Shown: positions 22,068 through 32,104 of the stretch, piece after piece
Numbering within the stretch: the stretch's first letter is position 1
Layout: every line of letters starts with the position of its first letter
DNA from: an uncultured Nitrososphaeraceae archaeon
GTDB lineage: Archaea > Thermoproteota > Nitrososphaeria > Nitrososphaerales > Nitrososphaeraceae
Length of the DNA stretch: 64,000 nt
Direction: 5' to 3'
NCBI GenBank assembly: GCA_963837175.1
Contig: CAWIMJ010000034.1
Coordinates: forward strand, 32,001-96,000
The notes under the pieces: model-generated
What the model saw: only the letters and a program-made list of their open reading frames with translations
The model's database searches: none
What the model was told of the DNA's origin: nothing
Position numbers and translations under genes: made by a program

Positions 22068-23236
22068 GAAGAGTATAAAATTTTCTACCTAAATCACAGA
22101 AGGCTGTATTATCCTTCACAAGATGAATGCTATTGGATACATGAGAGAGAAAATATTATAAGCATAAGTTTCTTTAATTAGATAGACACATATACATACA
22201 CACCTCCTCACAAGGAGTTAAAGTTGGCTTTGGACAATGATCAACACTTTCATAGAAGTTCAAGATTGTTATCTTAATCTATACTAATCTTGTAAAAAAA
22301 ATGAATCCTATAGATCAGGCCTCTTTGCACAATTTCCTCGCACACTTGTAATGATATAACGTAATATGCTTGTCAAATGACGCACTGCTAAAAGATATCT
22401 ATGTTAATGCTACGATTCCCATGTGTCATCAACAATAACTATTATTTGGGTCATAGACTATGTAAAGTAGTCCTTCAACGTTATGGACTATTAGCTACAA
22501 ATGGCTTTGCAATCCTTGAAGCTGCAAGTGGTTACTTCACCAAGAATTTTAATCACCTATGGGTTAGTCTTCAAGTCAATAATCAACAACTTATTAGAGC
22601 TATAAACCGTCATCGCAAAACCTTTAACGAGTATGCGATTGAGGGTCTCTTAAATTGAGAAAAAGAACTAGTTGAAGTCCTACTAAGATCCGGTTTGAGT
22701 TGGATGGTCAATGGCATAGCACAAAAGACTTTATTCACTTTGAGGTACCTAATCCATAAAAACATCTGTTAGGAAGAAGCTTGGTCAACAGCAACGGCAT
22801 TTTGTTTTTGAGTATGCTATAATTAAAGAATAAATAAACGCAGATAGAAGAAGGTCTCTGACAAGAGCCGCCTTTGTAGGTATTATTATTATATTACGAT
22901 AGTCACAACAATTATTTCAAAAATAATTAGGTATGTTTTACAAGCTGGTGACGTGTTAGCTCTACTTTGTATAAAGATAAAGTAAAGCAGAGTTGATAAA
23001 TCTCAGACCATCCCAAAATATATCTATTCAGGTTTGGTTTTGATCTCTTCTTAATGTAGAACCTGGCCAGAGAAGAGGTCTAATTCTTAAATTGTTTTAA
23101 AATGAGACTTACTTTTCTTTAATTATTTCCAGAATTCTTCCTTGACCTATTCTTTTCTATTTTTTATTCTTGCTATTTGCTCTCATAATAGAAGGTTTTG
23201 TCATTCGTTTTTTTTATTTCTTGTACTTCTTGCGGC

Positions 23237-23968
23237 CTAGGTCACCAGTGATGGCATCTCTTTCATATGTGTCTTGACTTTTTTCTTGTACTCTTGCTGC
23301 ATTGGTTGTTGTTCTTGTACTTGTTGTCCTTCTTGTAGTATTTCCTTGTTTAGTTGCTGTTCTGGTTTCAGTTCCTGCGGCTTTGGTTGTTGTTCTTGTA
23401 CTTGTTGTCCTTCTTGTAGTATTTCCTTGTTTAGTTGCTGTTCTGGTTTCAGTTCCTGCGGCTTTGGTTGTTGTTCTTGTACTTGTTGTCCTTCTTGTAG
23501 TATTTCCTTGTTTAGTTGCTGTTCTGGTTTCAGTTCCTGCGGCTTTGGTTGTTGTTCTTGCTGTTGTACTAGAACATCTACTCCTTCCGCACTTATTTCT
23601 TCAATTTTGTCAGTTCCTTCCCACACATACTGCCAACTACCTTTTCCTGCATCATAAATTCTAATGATTTTTAATGATGCTTCCTCATCTAGTTCTTTTA
23701 ATTTTATAGATGACGTGTTGAGTTCACCTACTGTTACAAATTCTTCATCTGTACTATTTTTAAGAGCTAGAATCTTTCCTGTATCGAAATGGAATTCAAT
23801 ACATCGATAAAGACCTTCTATTGGATCATTTCCGGTGGACTGAATATTAACACTGCCTATAGAGGGATAATCTAATGAGATCTTAGACCCTTCTGTTACT
23901 GTAGGCGCAGGTCTTCCTCCTTTCCTTTCATTTAGAAATTTAATGTGAAGTGTGGATTTAGATACCAT
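23237..23968 (-). CDS. Hypothetical protein with a Q/E-rich 27-aa tandem repeat; last gene of the operon
   Basis: 11-bp gap to the upstream gene, with GAGGT before the ATG. Confidence 0.7.
   Translation of the reverse strand: MVSKSTLHIKFLNERKGGRPAPTVTEGSKISLDYPSIGSVNIQSTGNDPIEGLYRCIEFHFDTGKILALKNSTDEEFVTVGELNTSSIKLKELDEEASLKIIRIYDAGKGSWQYVWEGTDKIEEISAEGVDVLVQQQEQQPKPQELKPEQQLNKEILQEGQQVQEQQPKPQELKPEQQLNKEILQEGQQVQEQQPKPQELKPEQQLNKEILQEGQQVQEQQPMQQEYKKKVKTHMKEMPSLVT
23302..23560. repeat. 81-bp tandem repeat x3.2 (QEQQPKPQELKPEQQLNKEILQEGQQV)
   Basis: Identical units start at 23302, 23383 and 23464, with a partial unit at 23545. Confidence 0.95.
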
Positions 23969-23979
23969 TTATAATACCT

Positions 23980-24861
23980 CTATGTAGTTTGGGTTGGCAG
24001 AGGTCTACGTCTCTGGGTCAAGGCAGTCTGGAAGAAGTCTACACCGGTAACCTGATACCATGTGCTTGACAGCTCTTTGAAAAAGAGGGAATCATCGTAT
24101 AACGATGTTGCCGCCCTAATATTCCATTGCGTTTGCTCCACCCTGTTAAGGAATACTTCCATTCTTTTTGCGAGTATGAAAAGATACATAGACTCTTTTG
24201 CCACAGGCACTTTCAGTCTCTGTCCTAGTTCTATTAATCGTGAATTTCTTCCTTGTGACCGAATATTAAGCCTCTGAACTATAAATTTATCATTGTCCAA
24301 CCATTGAAGTAAATCCTGAAATGCAACGGCCCAATAGGAAGCTATATCTTCAATTTCATTGTAGGTTCGATTTATCAACATCTTTTGAAAATCATCTAAT
24401 AATTCGGCAAGAGCACTAGGATTTGATAATTTCTCAACGGTAATTTGCTTATCTAGTACTCCCTGGGCTATGTTAAGCATTATTGATTCAAAGGTCTTGT
24501 TAAATTGTCCATTATATGCTTGTACCCTTTCGAAATTATTTTCCTTGCCTCTAATGACGTATCCAAACATTCTCCAATATGCATTATATCTTAAGCGTTC
24601 TAGATCTAGATCTCGAGTGATCGATGACGATGGCATAGGAAAGATCAAATTTGCTGTCTCCTTTAGCCCTTCTATCAGATCACAATCGTCTTTTCTATTG
24701 AGCCTAAGAACATCATCCGAAATAAAAAATGACCTCAATAAGACTCTAAAAACTTCAACTATTCCAGTAGACTCAATAAAGTATGAGTAAATCAAATGTC
24801 GCCTATTAGAAGGGCATATAGCAGCATTATTAGTCGTTAACTGTGTATTGCTATAACTCAA
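23980..24861 (-). CDS. Conserved-looking helical hypothetical protein ('HLIYSYFIEST...RYNAYWRMFG')
   Basis: Intact 293-aa ORF with ATGA overlap with the upstream gene. The motifs recall uncharacterised bacterial proteins (from memory, unverified). Confidence 0.75.
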   Translation of the reverse strand: MSYSNTQLTTNNAAICPSNRRHLIYSYFIESTGIVEVFRVLLRSFFISDDVLRLNRKDDCDLIEGLKETANLIFPMPSSSITRDLDLERLRYNAYWRMFGYVIRGKENNFERVQAYNGQFNKTFESIMLNIAQGVLDKQITVEKLSNPSALAELLDDFQKMLINRTYNEIEDIASYWAVAFQDLLQWLDNDKFIVQRLNIRSQGRNSRLIELGQRLKVPVAKESMYLFILAKRMEVFLNRVEQTQWNIRAATSLYDDSLFFKELSSTWYQVTGVDFFQTALTQRRRPLPTQTT

Positions 24862-26300
24862 ATCGGTAACCCCCCATATGATCGAGCCAATCTTATGAGA
24901 CCTCCAGGCCTTCCTAACTGATTGTCTAAGCTAGACAGATTTCTTTCATAAGTAGCGTACTCCAATTCTAATCGGGCAGAAGAATTGGACTGGTCAATAT
25001 TTTGGTTTGGCCCTCCTGCTAAAACTACTGACGGGCCGCCTAGGCTTCCTGGAAACATGGCATCAAAATTTACACCCTTAGGCGGGTTTCTTCCAGATGC
25101 AAAATCAGGTATTTCTGAGAATTTTTGTTCGTAGGTCAATATCCACCATATGATGAAAAGATAATCAAACCAATTATCATTATCATACTTTAGCCATGAA
25201 TCAGTTGTTGCCAGAACCTGCGTATCCAAGCCTCTTAGACTTCTAAAAGTGTTTATAAAAATGCTAGGTAATGGATTATTAAGTACATTTCTTAGATCAA
25301 TCAATCTTTCTTGCCTTATAGCGCCGCGCAAGTAATCTATTACAGTATCTAACTCGTCAGCGAAAAGGTCTTGCTGACTCGTAGACGGTATAATAGTTTT
25401 GAATGAGCTTTCGATCGATGGCAATTGTTTTTCAATATAATTGATACCATCTGGTGTACCAGCATTTAGAGAAAACAAACGACCCCATATGTCACGGATG
25501 CTATTAAATACCTCTAAATTGAAACCACCAGAGCTATCATCCTGCACAAGATCAAATAATTGATGAAATATGTTTTCCAATCCAACCTTTCTAATTATGT
25601 CATCAGCATCAGGTGCTAGCGGGTCATCAACACATTGTCCTGTTGTTGGATCTTTATGCTGTCCTGGTGGACATTCTACTGACGGAGCCTGTGGCTGACC
25701 TCTAAGAAGTAGATCATCTACAATTGTTATCTCATTATTATCTTCGTAGTCATCATATCGTGGATCGGATATTAATAGATCAACATATATGTTAGGTTTT
25801 ACAGGATCAGGTACAGGGATGTTGCCAATGCGAAGTACTATATTTTTCAGGATTTCTTTTACCTCATCTTGGAGTGGTATACCTGAGCTAGCCTCTTCCA
25901 AATCATTAAGAAATTGAAGCGCTCTAGTATTCCTTCTTGCTTCTTCCAGACCCCTTAGGAAGCGTGGGTCTGAATGTTCTGGAAAATTATCCACTATTTG
26001 TCTTATGTCCCTATAATTAGGAGATAATTCATAAAACCTTGTCGGAAAAAGCAGTGAATATGCCCAAATGCTGTGCAACAGTTGAGCTATTCTAAAATTA
26101 GTGTATGCAGTTGCAATATTCTTATCCTCGTAAATTTGTACAGTAAAAGCATAAACGGTATTATTAGCCCTTTTTTCCTGCAATGGAATAGTGATTTGAT
26201 TTAGGGTACCGCATGGACACGAGCTGGCTACACGCTGATTAGGGCAAAGTTCGAGGATGATCTGCATTTTTGGATTAATATCATTCCTCCAATCAATCAC
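24858..26300 (-). CDS. Hypothetical protein, acidic, with an internal 'CPPGQHKDPTTGQC' loop
   Basis: 480-aa ORF tightly linked to its neighbours (13-bp gap, 4-bp overlap). Confidence 0.75.
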   Translation of the reverse strand: MIDWRNDINPKMQIILELCPNQRVASSCPCGTLNQITIPLQEKRANNTVYAFTVQIYEDKNIATAYTNFRIAQLLHSIWAYSLLFPTRFYELSPNYRDIRQIVDNFPEHSDPRFLRGLEEARRNTRALQFLNDLEEASSGIPLQDEVKEILKNIVLRIGNIPVPDPVKPNIYVDLLISDPRYDDYEDNNEITIVDDLLLRGQPQAPSVECPPGQHKDPTTGQCVDDPLAPDADDIIRKVGLENIFHQLFDLVQDDSSGGFNLEVFNSIRDIWGRLFSLNAGTPDGINYIEKQLPSIESSFKTIIPSTSQQDLFADELDTVIDYLRGAIRQERLIDLRNVLNNPLPSIFINTFRSLRGLDTQVLATTDSWLKYDNDNWFDYLFIIWWILTYEQKFSEIPDFASGRNPPKGVNFDAMFPGSLGGPSVVLAGGPNQNIDQSNSSARLELEYATYERNLSSLDNQLGRPGGLIRLARSYGGLPI

Positions 26301-26313
26301 AACAGAAATACGC

Positions 26314-26778
26314 CTATAACTTATAGGTTCTTTTTACGATTGCGATACGACGTGGTGGATTATTATTAGGATCTAGAAAAACTACGTCTGAGTCTTTGTC
26401 TATCCAGCTTTCATCGGATGGAAATATCCAGTCATATTTTTGAGCAGATATCCTATAAAGGATTTTCGCAAGACTCTTAAATTTTCTAATCTCTGCTTGG
26501 TTGTTTAAAGGGTTGAAGAGAGAGATTAGATCTAGTGAAGCTAACATGGGTAGTCCAATAGAAAATTGAGAATTACCGTTGGCATTACCAAGCAGATACG
26601 GGTCATCAATGGATTCAATCTCTTTACGAAGAGTACGCGCTGACTGTAGAATTTCATAATCTAATGCTATATACTGGATCAATCCTTGTCTCATTATATG
26701 GTTAATGTGTCTGAATTCCTCTGACCCTCGGTCGTTTATGCTATCAATAAAACTTCCTCCATTCATAGTAGAGCTCAT
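26314..26778 (-). CDS. Hypothetical protein
   Basis: 154-aa ORF preceded by a GGAGGT Shine-Dalgarno-like sequence. Confidence 0.7.
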   Translation of the reverse strand: MSSTMNGGSFIDSINDRGSEEFRHINHIMRQGLIQYIALDYEILQSARTLRKEIESIDDPYLLGNANGNSQFSIGLPMLASLDLISLFNPLNNQAEIRKFKSLAKILYRISAQKYDWIFPSDESWIDKDSDVVFLDPNNNPPRRIAIVKRTYKL

Positions 26779-26996
26779 TTTATTTTAACCTCCAATATTT
26801 GAACCTTAAATGATTCATTGAAAGATGGAGATGATGATTCTGCAGAAGATGAAGGGAAATCAGTTTCTAGTAGCTGTTGTTCTTGCTCAGATTCTCTGTA
26901 GATTATTTTTTTAAATGGATAAACCTCACTTTTTCCAGATTCAAAATATTCATTACTTCCATAGCCGCTGTTTTGAAAACGGGATCCTCTTTCCAC
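26775..26996 (-). CDS. Leader-only 73-aa peptide, a copy of the N-terminus of the 31572 protein
   Basis: 'MERGSRFQNSGYGSNEYFESGKSEVYPFKKIIYRESEQEQQLLETDF...' is nearly identical to the start of 30541-31572. Confidence 0.55.
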   Translation of the reverse strand: MERGSRFQNSGYGSNEYFESGKSEVYPFKKIIYRESEQEQQLLETDFPSSSAESSSPSFNESFKVQILEVKIK

Positions 26997-27035
26997 AACA
27001 ACGTAACTGTGTGCAACTATATCAGTTTTTTTCTG
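26807..27035. repeat. 229-bp direct repeat (upstream region plus leader), copy of 31383-31611
   Basis: Near-identical from TAAATGATTCATTG to ATCAGTTTTTTTCTG. Confidence 0.95.
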
Positions 27036-27181
27036 AGATCTATTTTCTTAATTGATATTCTTCACATAGGTCAGTTAGAGCGAATATTGAGTGTTTTAGG
27101 TTTTCAATAAACAAATAATTATATCCCAAAAAATGATAACAATAAAAGGATGGTTAGTAATAAGTAGCAATCAACCTCATA

Positions 27182-28489
27182 TCACGCAATCTTCGCTCCT
27201 CCTAGAGCTAGAGACACTAACCATTTGTACATCTGTTCTATAATCCAGTAATGCGACCTTCCACCAAACATCTGTATTAAACGGAAGCCGAGCAAGGCAA
27301 CAATAGGATGATTAACAAGCATTTTGGCATCGACAGAGAAATTAGAAAAGTCTTTGCCTAAAAACTCCCTTAATCTTGTAGGAGATGAAAAGTGCCAAGG
27401 TAAAAGCATGTCTAGACTTTTACCAGAAAAAGCCTTCATTTTAGTTCTAGAAATAGCATTGCATATTACAGGTAGCAAAGGTATTGAATCGGTTATGACT
27501 TTTGATGCTTCAGCACCTCCAGCACTGATGGGATATAAAATAGACAAAACCCTATCTAAATCATCCCACGGTCCTCTGCCATATGCGATTTTACATGCAC
27601 TGATTCCAAGCATCAATCTGATTATTCCTGCTGGATGAGGATCCCCTTGAATGACTCTCGCGATCCTACGAGCACTGCCTGCAACAACCTCATAAAGTCC
27701 AAGTATTGAGGCAATATTACTTTGATGTAGAGAGTAAAAATCAGCGGCAATTTCGCTTGCCCATGATTCCCATAAATGTGCTAAATATTTCGGTCCACCA
27801 GCGGCTAGTATACTATTGTATAGTAATTCACCTAGCTCTTGGTTCCAGTTTGTTATGTGTGCAACCTGATGACCACATTCATGTAATATGGAAGTTAGCC
27901 TCGGAAGAGGAATAGCGGAGCGAACTACCTTAATAACTGCCGCAGGGTTTGTATTGGAATCCCATAAATAAATTCCAGCTTTAAGAATAGAAGCTCCTTC
28001 TCCTCTGTCTTGATAGCAAATAACAGTAGGAACTTCATGACCTAATGGTTGCAGTACTTGCTGTAAGCTAGCATACGCTATTTGATCACATCCTCTGAGT
28101 AGCATTCCCATATCACGCTCTGAACGTGTATGAAGCAAATCTACGTAATATTCGAAAACTTGCTCAGTACTGAAGTAATGATCTCTGACACTTTGTAAGT
28201 TTGAACGGAAGAGAAGGAGTCCTTCCATATTTCTGATGTTAGTGAATTCTTTTTTTAACTCCGCCAGGTGTGCCTTCAAGCCTGCGGTTCTGGTTTGAAA
28301 AGATCTTTCAATAGCCAACCTTTGTTTATTACCTAAATGCCTTCTAGAGGCTTCTGAGACATTAGCTATGGGGTTGACAAGGCCATCCACTGCTACAGTT
28401 AAGCTGTTCAAGGATAATCGTTGCAAAAACAAACAGTTGTTAAAATCCTTCTCTATAACATTAGAGCCCTGAAGTCTGCTGCTGCTCAT
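27182..28489 (-). CDS. HEXXH-motif putative zinc metallopeptidase-like protein
   Basis: 'SILHECGHQ', downstream 'WASEIAADFY' (third-ligand ExxAD pattern) and 'DPHP'. Confidence 0.7.
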   Translation of the reverse strand: MSSSRLQGSNVIEKDFNNCLFLQRLSLNSLTVAVDGLVNPIANVSEASRRHLGNKQRLAIERSFQTRTAGLKAHLAELKKEFTNIRNMEGLLLFRSNLQSVRDHYFSTEQVFEYYVDLLHTRSERDMGMLLRGCDQIAYASLQQVLQPLGHEVPTVICYQDRGEGASILKAGIYLWDSNTNPAAVIKVVRSAIPLPRLTSILHECGHQVAHITNWNQELGELLYNSILAAGGPKYLAHLWESWASEIAADFYSLHQSNIASILGLYEVVAGSARRIARVIQGDPHPAGIIRLMLGISACKIAYGRGPWDDLDRVLSILYPISAGGAEASKVITDSIPLLPVICNAISRTKMKAFSGKSLDMLLPWHFSSPTRLREFLGKDFSNFSVDAKMLVNHPIVALLGFRLIQMFGGRSHYWIIEQMYKWLVSLALGGAKIA

Positions 28490-28500
28490 GCCCCTTCTAA

Positions 28501-31500
28501 TTACAGTCTATATCCTGGTAATGGTTCTATAGGTGATAAAGTGATAGATGACAAGAGTCTTGGGAGATTCCAAGCCAGCGATGCAATTGTCAACCTTCGG
28601 AGATTGGATATAAAACCACTAGGCAGTATAAGGCTCGATGTAAGCGTTATCCCATCTGGGTGAGCAGATATGCTAGATATTCGTGCAGCTATCTTTCCAA
28701 TGCTTCTGTTCAAGCGCCTTATCACCAATCCAAGAATCAATGAAACTATTTGCTTTGATATCCATGAGGGTATTTTCAGTCTTCTCAGCTGCTTATACAA
28801 TATGTTGGATCCTAGCGTCTTTATAATATCAGATACTGACTTGTTAAGATCTGCAATCATTCTGGTTCTTGCCACGCTCTTAACACTACGTATCGTAAGA
28901 TCATTCAAATATATTCTGAGTTCAAGTCTAGTTCTATCAAATCGTATACTAATGTCATTGCTTCTCACAGCTCCCTTGTCTGGCAAAGGAGCAGAAGGGG
29001 TTTCCTGCATTGGCCTTCCTACAGGCCTTAAAATTTTTACGAAGCAATAGTTTCTCCAAGATGGATCATATCGCAGGATCGATGGCCTTAGTTTACGAAT
29101 TCTTCTGCGTCTTGATAAATATGGGTTATTTAGCAATAATCCTGCAGCAGTAGGAGTCAATGGTATTATTTGGTCTATATGCAAAGCACTCATTCCACCA
29201 ACATAGTCGCGAGCAATCATAGCCAGCCTAGTTCCGACCGGCAGACTTTGGAAAACACGTATACTCACACGAACAGGTGTTGTACCATCCCAACCTTGTG
29301 TCTTACGTAAGATATCAAGTAACGTAGTTCCTCCAAAGCTACGTACACGTGAGGCTAAAGTTGGATACAGGGTTAATTCGGATCTTTGAGATAAAACCTT
29401 GTATGTTTTTCGAGGAATCCACATAATATTAGCTGGGATTCTTCTTCTAGACACAAATTCTTCACGTAACGCTTGGCCTGGAACATTGTCTTTGATAGAT
29501 TCTAGAATAGACTCCTGAACATGAGCCTCCAATACTTGGTCTTCTCCTTCCAAAATGGATTCTGGCAGCGCTGCCTATCCTCTCGACTGATTCTGTCACA
29601 ATATTTGCTATCGTTTCTGCTACTAGTCTATTTTGATTGGGTAATTCTCTTGGGTTTTCTAAAGAGAGTAATCGAAGACCAGCATCTGCAATAACGCGGC
29701 TGAGGGGATTAGCAAAATTCTGGCCGATAAGTGGTTTTAATAACTTAGCAACAAGTTTCGCAAGAAAACCCACTACCCGCTGTCTTCCAATGAGTCTTAT
29801 TCCTATTCTTAATACCGGAAGAAGAGCAGGAGCAAACTCCTGTGTAAGTCTTTGAAGATTAGGTGGATATTCGCTTACTAAACCATTAATAAAATTATTG
29901 CGAGCCTCATTTACGACAAGGGCTTCGTTTACACTTCCAACAAACTCCTCCTCCTCACTTTCCGCTTCAGGAGTATAATATTCTGGAGTAAAGCCTGAGG
30001 TCTGAGCTTCAGGAGTATAATATTCTGGAGTAAAGCCTGAGGTCTGAGCTTCAGGAGTATAATATTCTGGAGTAAAGCCTGAGGTCTGAGCTTCAGGAGT
30101 ATAATATTCTGGAGTAAAGCCTGAGGTCTGAGCTTCAGGAGTATAATATTCTGGAGTAAAGCCTGAGGTCTGAGCTTCAGGAGTATAATATTCTGGAGTA
30201 AAGCCTGAGGTCTGAGCTTCAGGAGTATAATATTCTGGAGTAAAGCCTGAGGTCTGAGCTTCAGGAGTATAATATTCTGGAGTAAAGCCTGAGGTCTGAG
30301 CTTCAGGAGTATAATATTCTGGACTAGCTTTCCATCTCTGCAAAGAGCTCTCTTTCAAAATCTCGTTCAAATTCATAGACCTGCTGGAATTCATGTCCAT
30401 GATATAGTTCTTCTTCCGCTTCACCAGTAAAGCTCTCATTATAGATATTCTCATCTTCATCTTCAAATTCTAGTTCTGTTTCATCCAGAGTTTCAGCACG
30501 CAATACGTTTGAACCGGTTTCTGCTGTTTCCAACTCGCTTTCAGATGGTGGCGTAGTAGGCGGTTGTTCTACTGGTGGTTGTTCTACTGGTGGTTGTTCT
30601 ACTGGTGGTTGTTCTACTGGTGGTTGTTCTACTGGTGGTTGTTCTACTGGTGGTTGTTCTACTGGTGGTTGTTCTACTGGTGGTTGTTCTACTGGTGGTT
30701 GTTGGTACTGGTGGTTGTCCATAACCAAGGGCTCCGAGCGCCTTCTGAGCTATAGCACGATATTGTGGTGGAATATATCGCAATCCTAATCTAAGCACTT
30801 TTCTCACTAGAGGTCTAATACGACGCCCAATTGTTCCAAGTATTCTTCTTAGAATCAACTTAACAGCAGCTGATCCTATCACACTCTTAGCAACACTAAT
30901 GCCCTTCCTTGCTAAACTGAGACCTTTCCCTAAAACTCTTTTTGCCTTTTTCAACCATTTACCCAGAAATTCCTCAGGCTGAACTGGTTGAAATGAGTCA
31001 ATGACACGTTTGGCAGCTTCGTATTCCATTTCAGGTTGTATGTTGGACTGAACATAATTAGAAAAACGTTCAAGCTCATTCTGAATATTTCTCACCGTTC
31101 CACCATAGGTTACTTCATAGAATTGATTGAACATATTCTCGAAATTAGGATTTCTGAGGACCTCTTCAAGCTCACCACCAGTTCCTGTTGTATGACTTAC
31201 ATAGTTAGTAAACTTTGATTCAGCTTCACTTGCCAGCTGTACAAGTGACTGTTCAAATTCATGATCATGTACTTGGTTAGAAAAGAGTTCGAATTCAAAT
31301 TCTCGATCTATCATCTGATATTCTTGTGCTTGTTGTTGTTGTTCTGTCTCACCTGTAGTTATCGACATATTTTCTGTACCAGTAAATGATTCATTGAAAG
31401 ATGGAGATGATGATTCTGCAGAAGATGAAGGGAAATCAGTTTCTAGTAGCTGTTGTTCTTGCTCAGATTCTCTGTAGGTTATTTTTTTAAATGGATAAAC

Positions 31501-31572
31501 CTCACTTTCAGCAGACTCAAAATATTCATTACTTCCATATCCGCCGCTTTGAAAACGGGATCCTCTTTCCAC
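28501..31572 (-). CDS. Single ~1020-aa protein (acidic leader, cationic amphipathic helices, tandem repeats) split into four ORFs by three 1-bp insertions
   Basis: Removing one base near 30705, 30331 and 29575 gives continuous reading 'GYGQPPVQQPPVE', 'EMEASPEYY' and 'ERIAALPESILEGEDQ'. Confidence 0.7.
29964..30323. repeat. 42-bp perfect tandem repeat x8.5 (TPEAQTSGFTPEYY)
   Basis: Unit GGAGTATAATATTCTGGAGTAAAGCCTGAGGTCTGAGCTTCA, no spacers. Confidence 0.95.
30562..30718. repeat. 15-bp tandem repeat, about x10 (QPPVE)
   Basis: Unit GGTTGTTCTACTGGT. Confidence 0.95.
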
Positions 31573-32104
31573 AACAACGTAACTGTGTGCAACTATATCA
31601 GTTTTTTTCTGGGCTTTGATATTTTTAAAATCAACTCTTTTGAACGTAATTTACTTCTGTTAATATTAGAATATATTAAGACATTAATAAACATCTAAGT
31701 CTAAATGGTAAATCAAAAAAGATTTTTCTTAAGTAGAGTTAAGCTTCTGATTTTTTATTTTGTCATACCGAAAGGATGTATATGCGTATTTATGATACTC
31801 AACAAAAACATTCGCTTAAATCCTAATTTTGGCATATTAAGCAATTCATGGTAATGTCATCATCAATTATCAATTAGCTTCTACCTAAGATTATTACTAT
31901 TATAAAGCAAGATGTAGTGTTTTTACTATAATAGAATAGAACATATATTATTACGATAACTTGAGTGCCTACGATAAGCTAAACATATCCGGAACAAATA
32001 TAGATTCCAATACAATTATTGATCCAACAATAGGCATATTTTCCAATAAAAAAATTTACCATTATTTGTCTTGTTATCAGTTATTTTAATTCCATCCATG
32101 TAGA

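Noticed and set aside
22401-22658. 85-aa ORF
   Set aside because: No recognisable motif; probably a gene fragment.
23274-23664. Cys-rich and Val-rich plus-strand ORFs
   Set aside because: Antisense shadows of the Q/E-rich repeat in 23237-23968.
29964-30323. 42-bp repeat array as a CRISPR
   Set aside because: Head-to-tail identical units without spacers, in frame within a coding region, and no cas genes.
30564-30755. (FYWWL)n ORF, and the (TTTSR)n tail of ORF 30541-31572
   Set aside because: Antisense and out-of-frame readings of the QPPVE repeat.
23237-31572. Provirus, eCIS or encapsulin operon
   Set aside because: No recognisable capsid, sheath, tube, baseplate, terminase or AAA ATPase motifs by eye; remote structural homology is not excluded.
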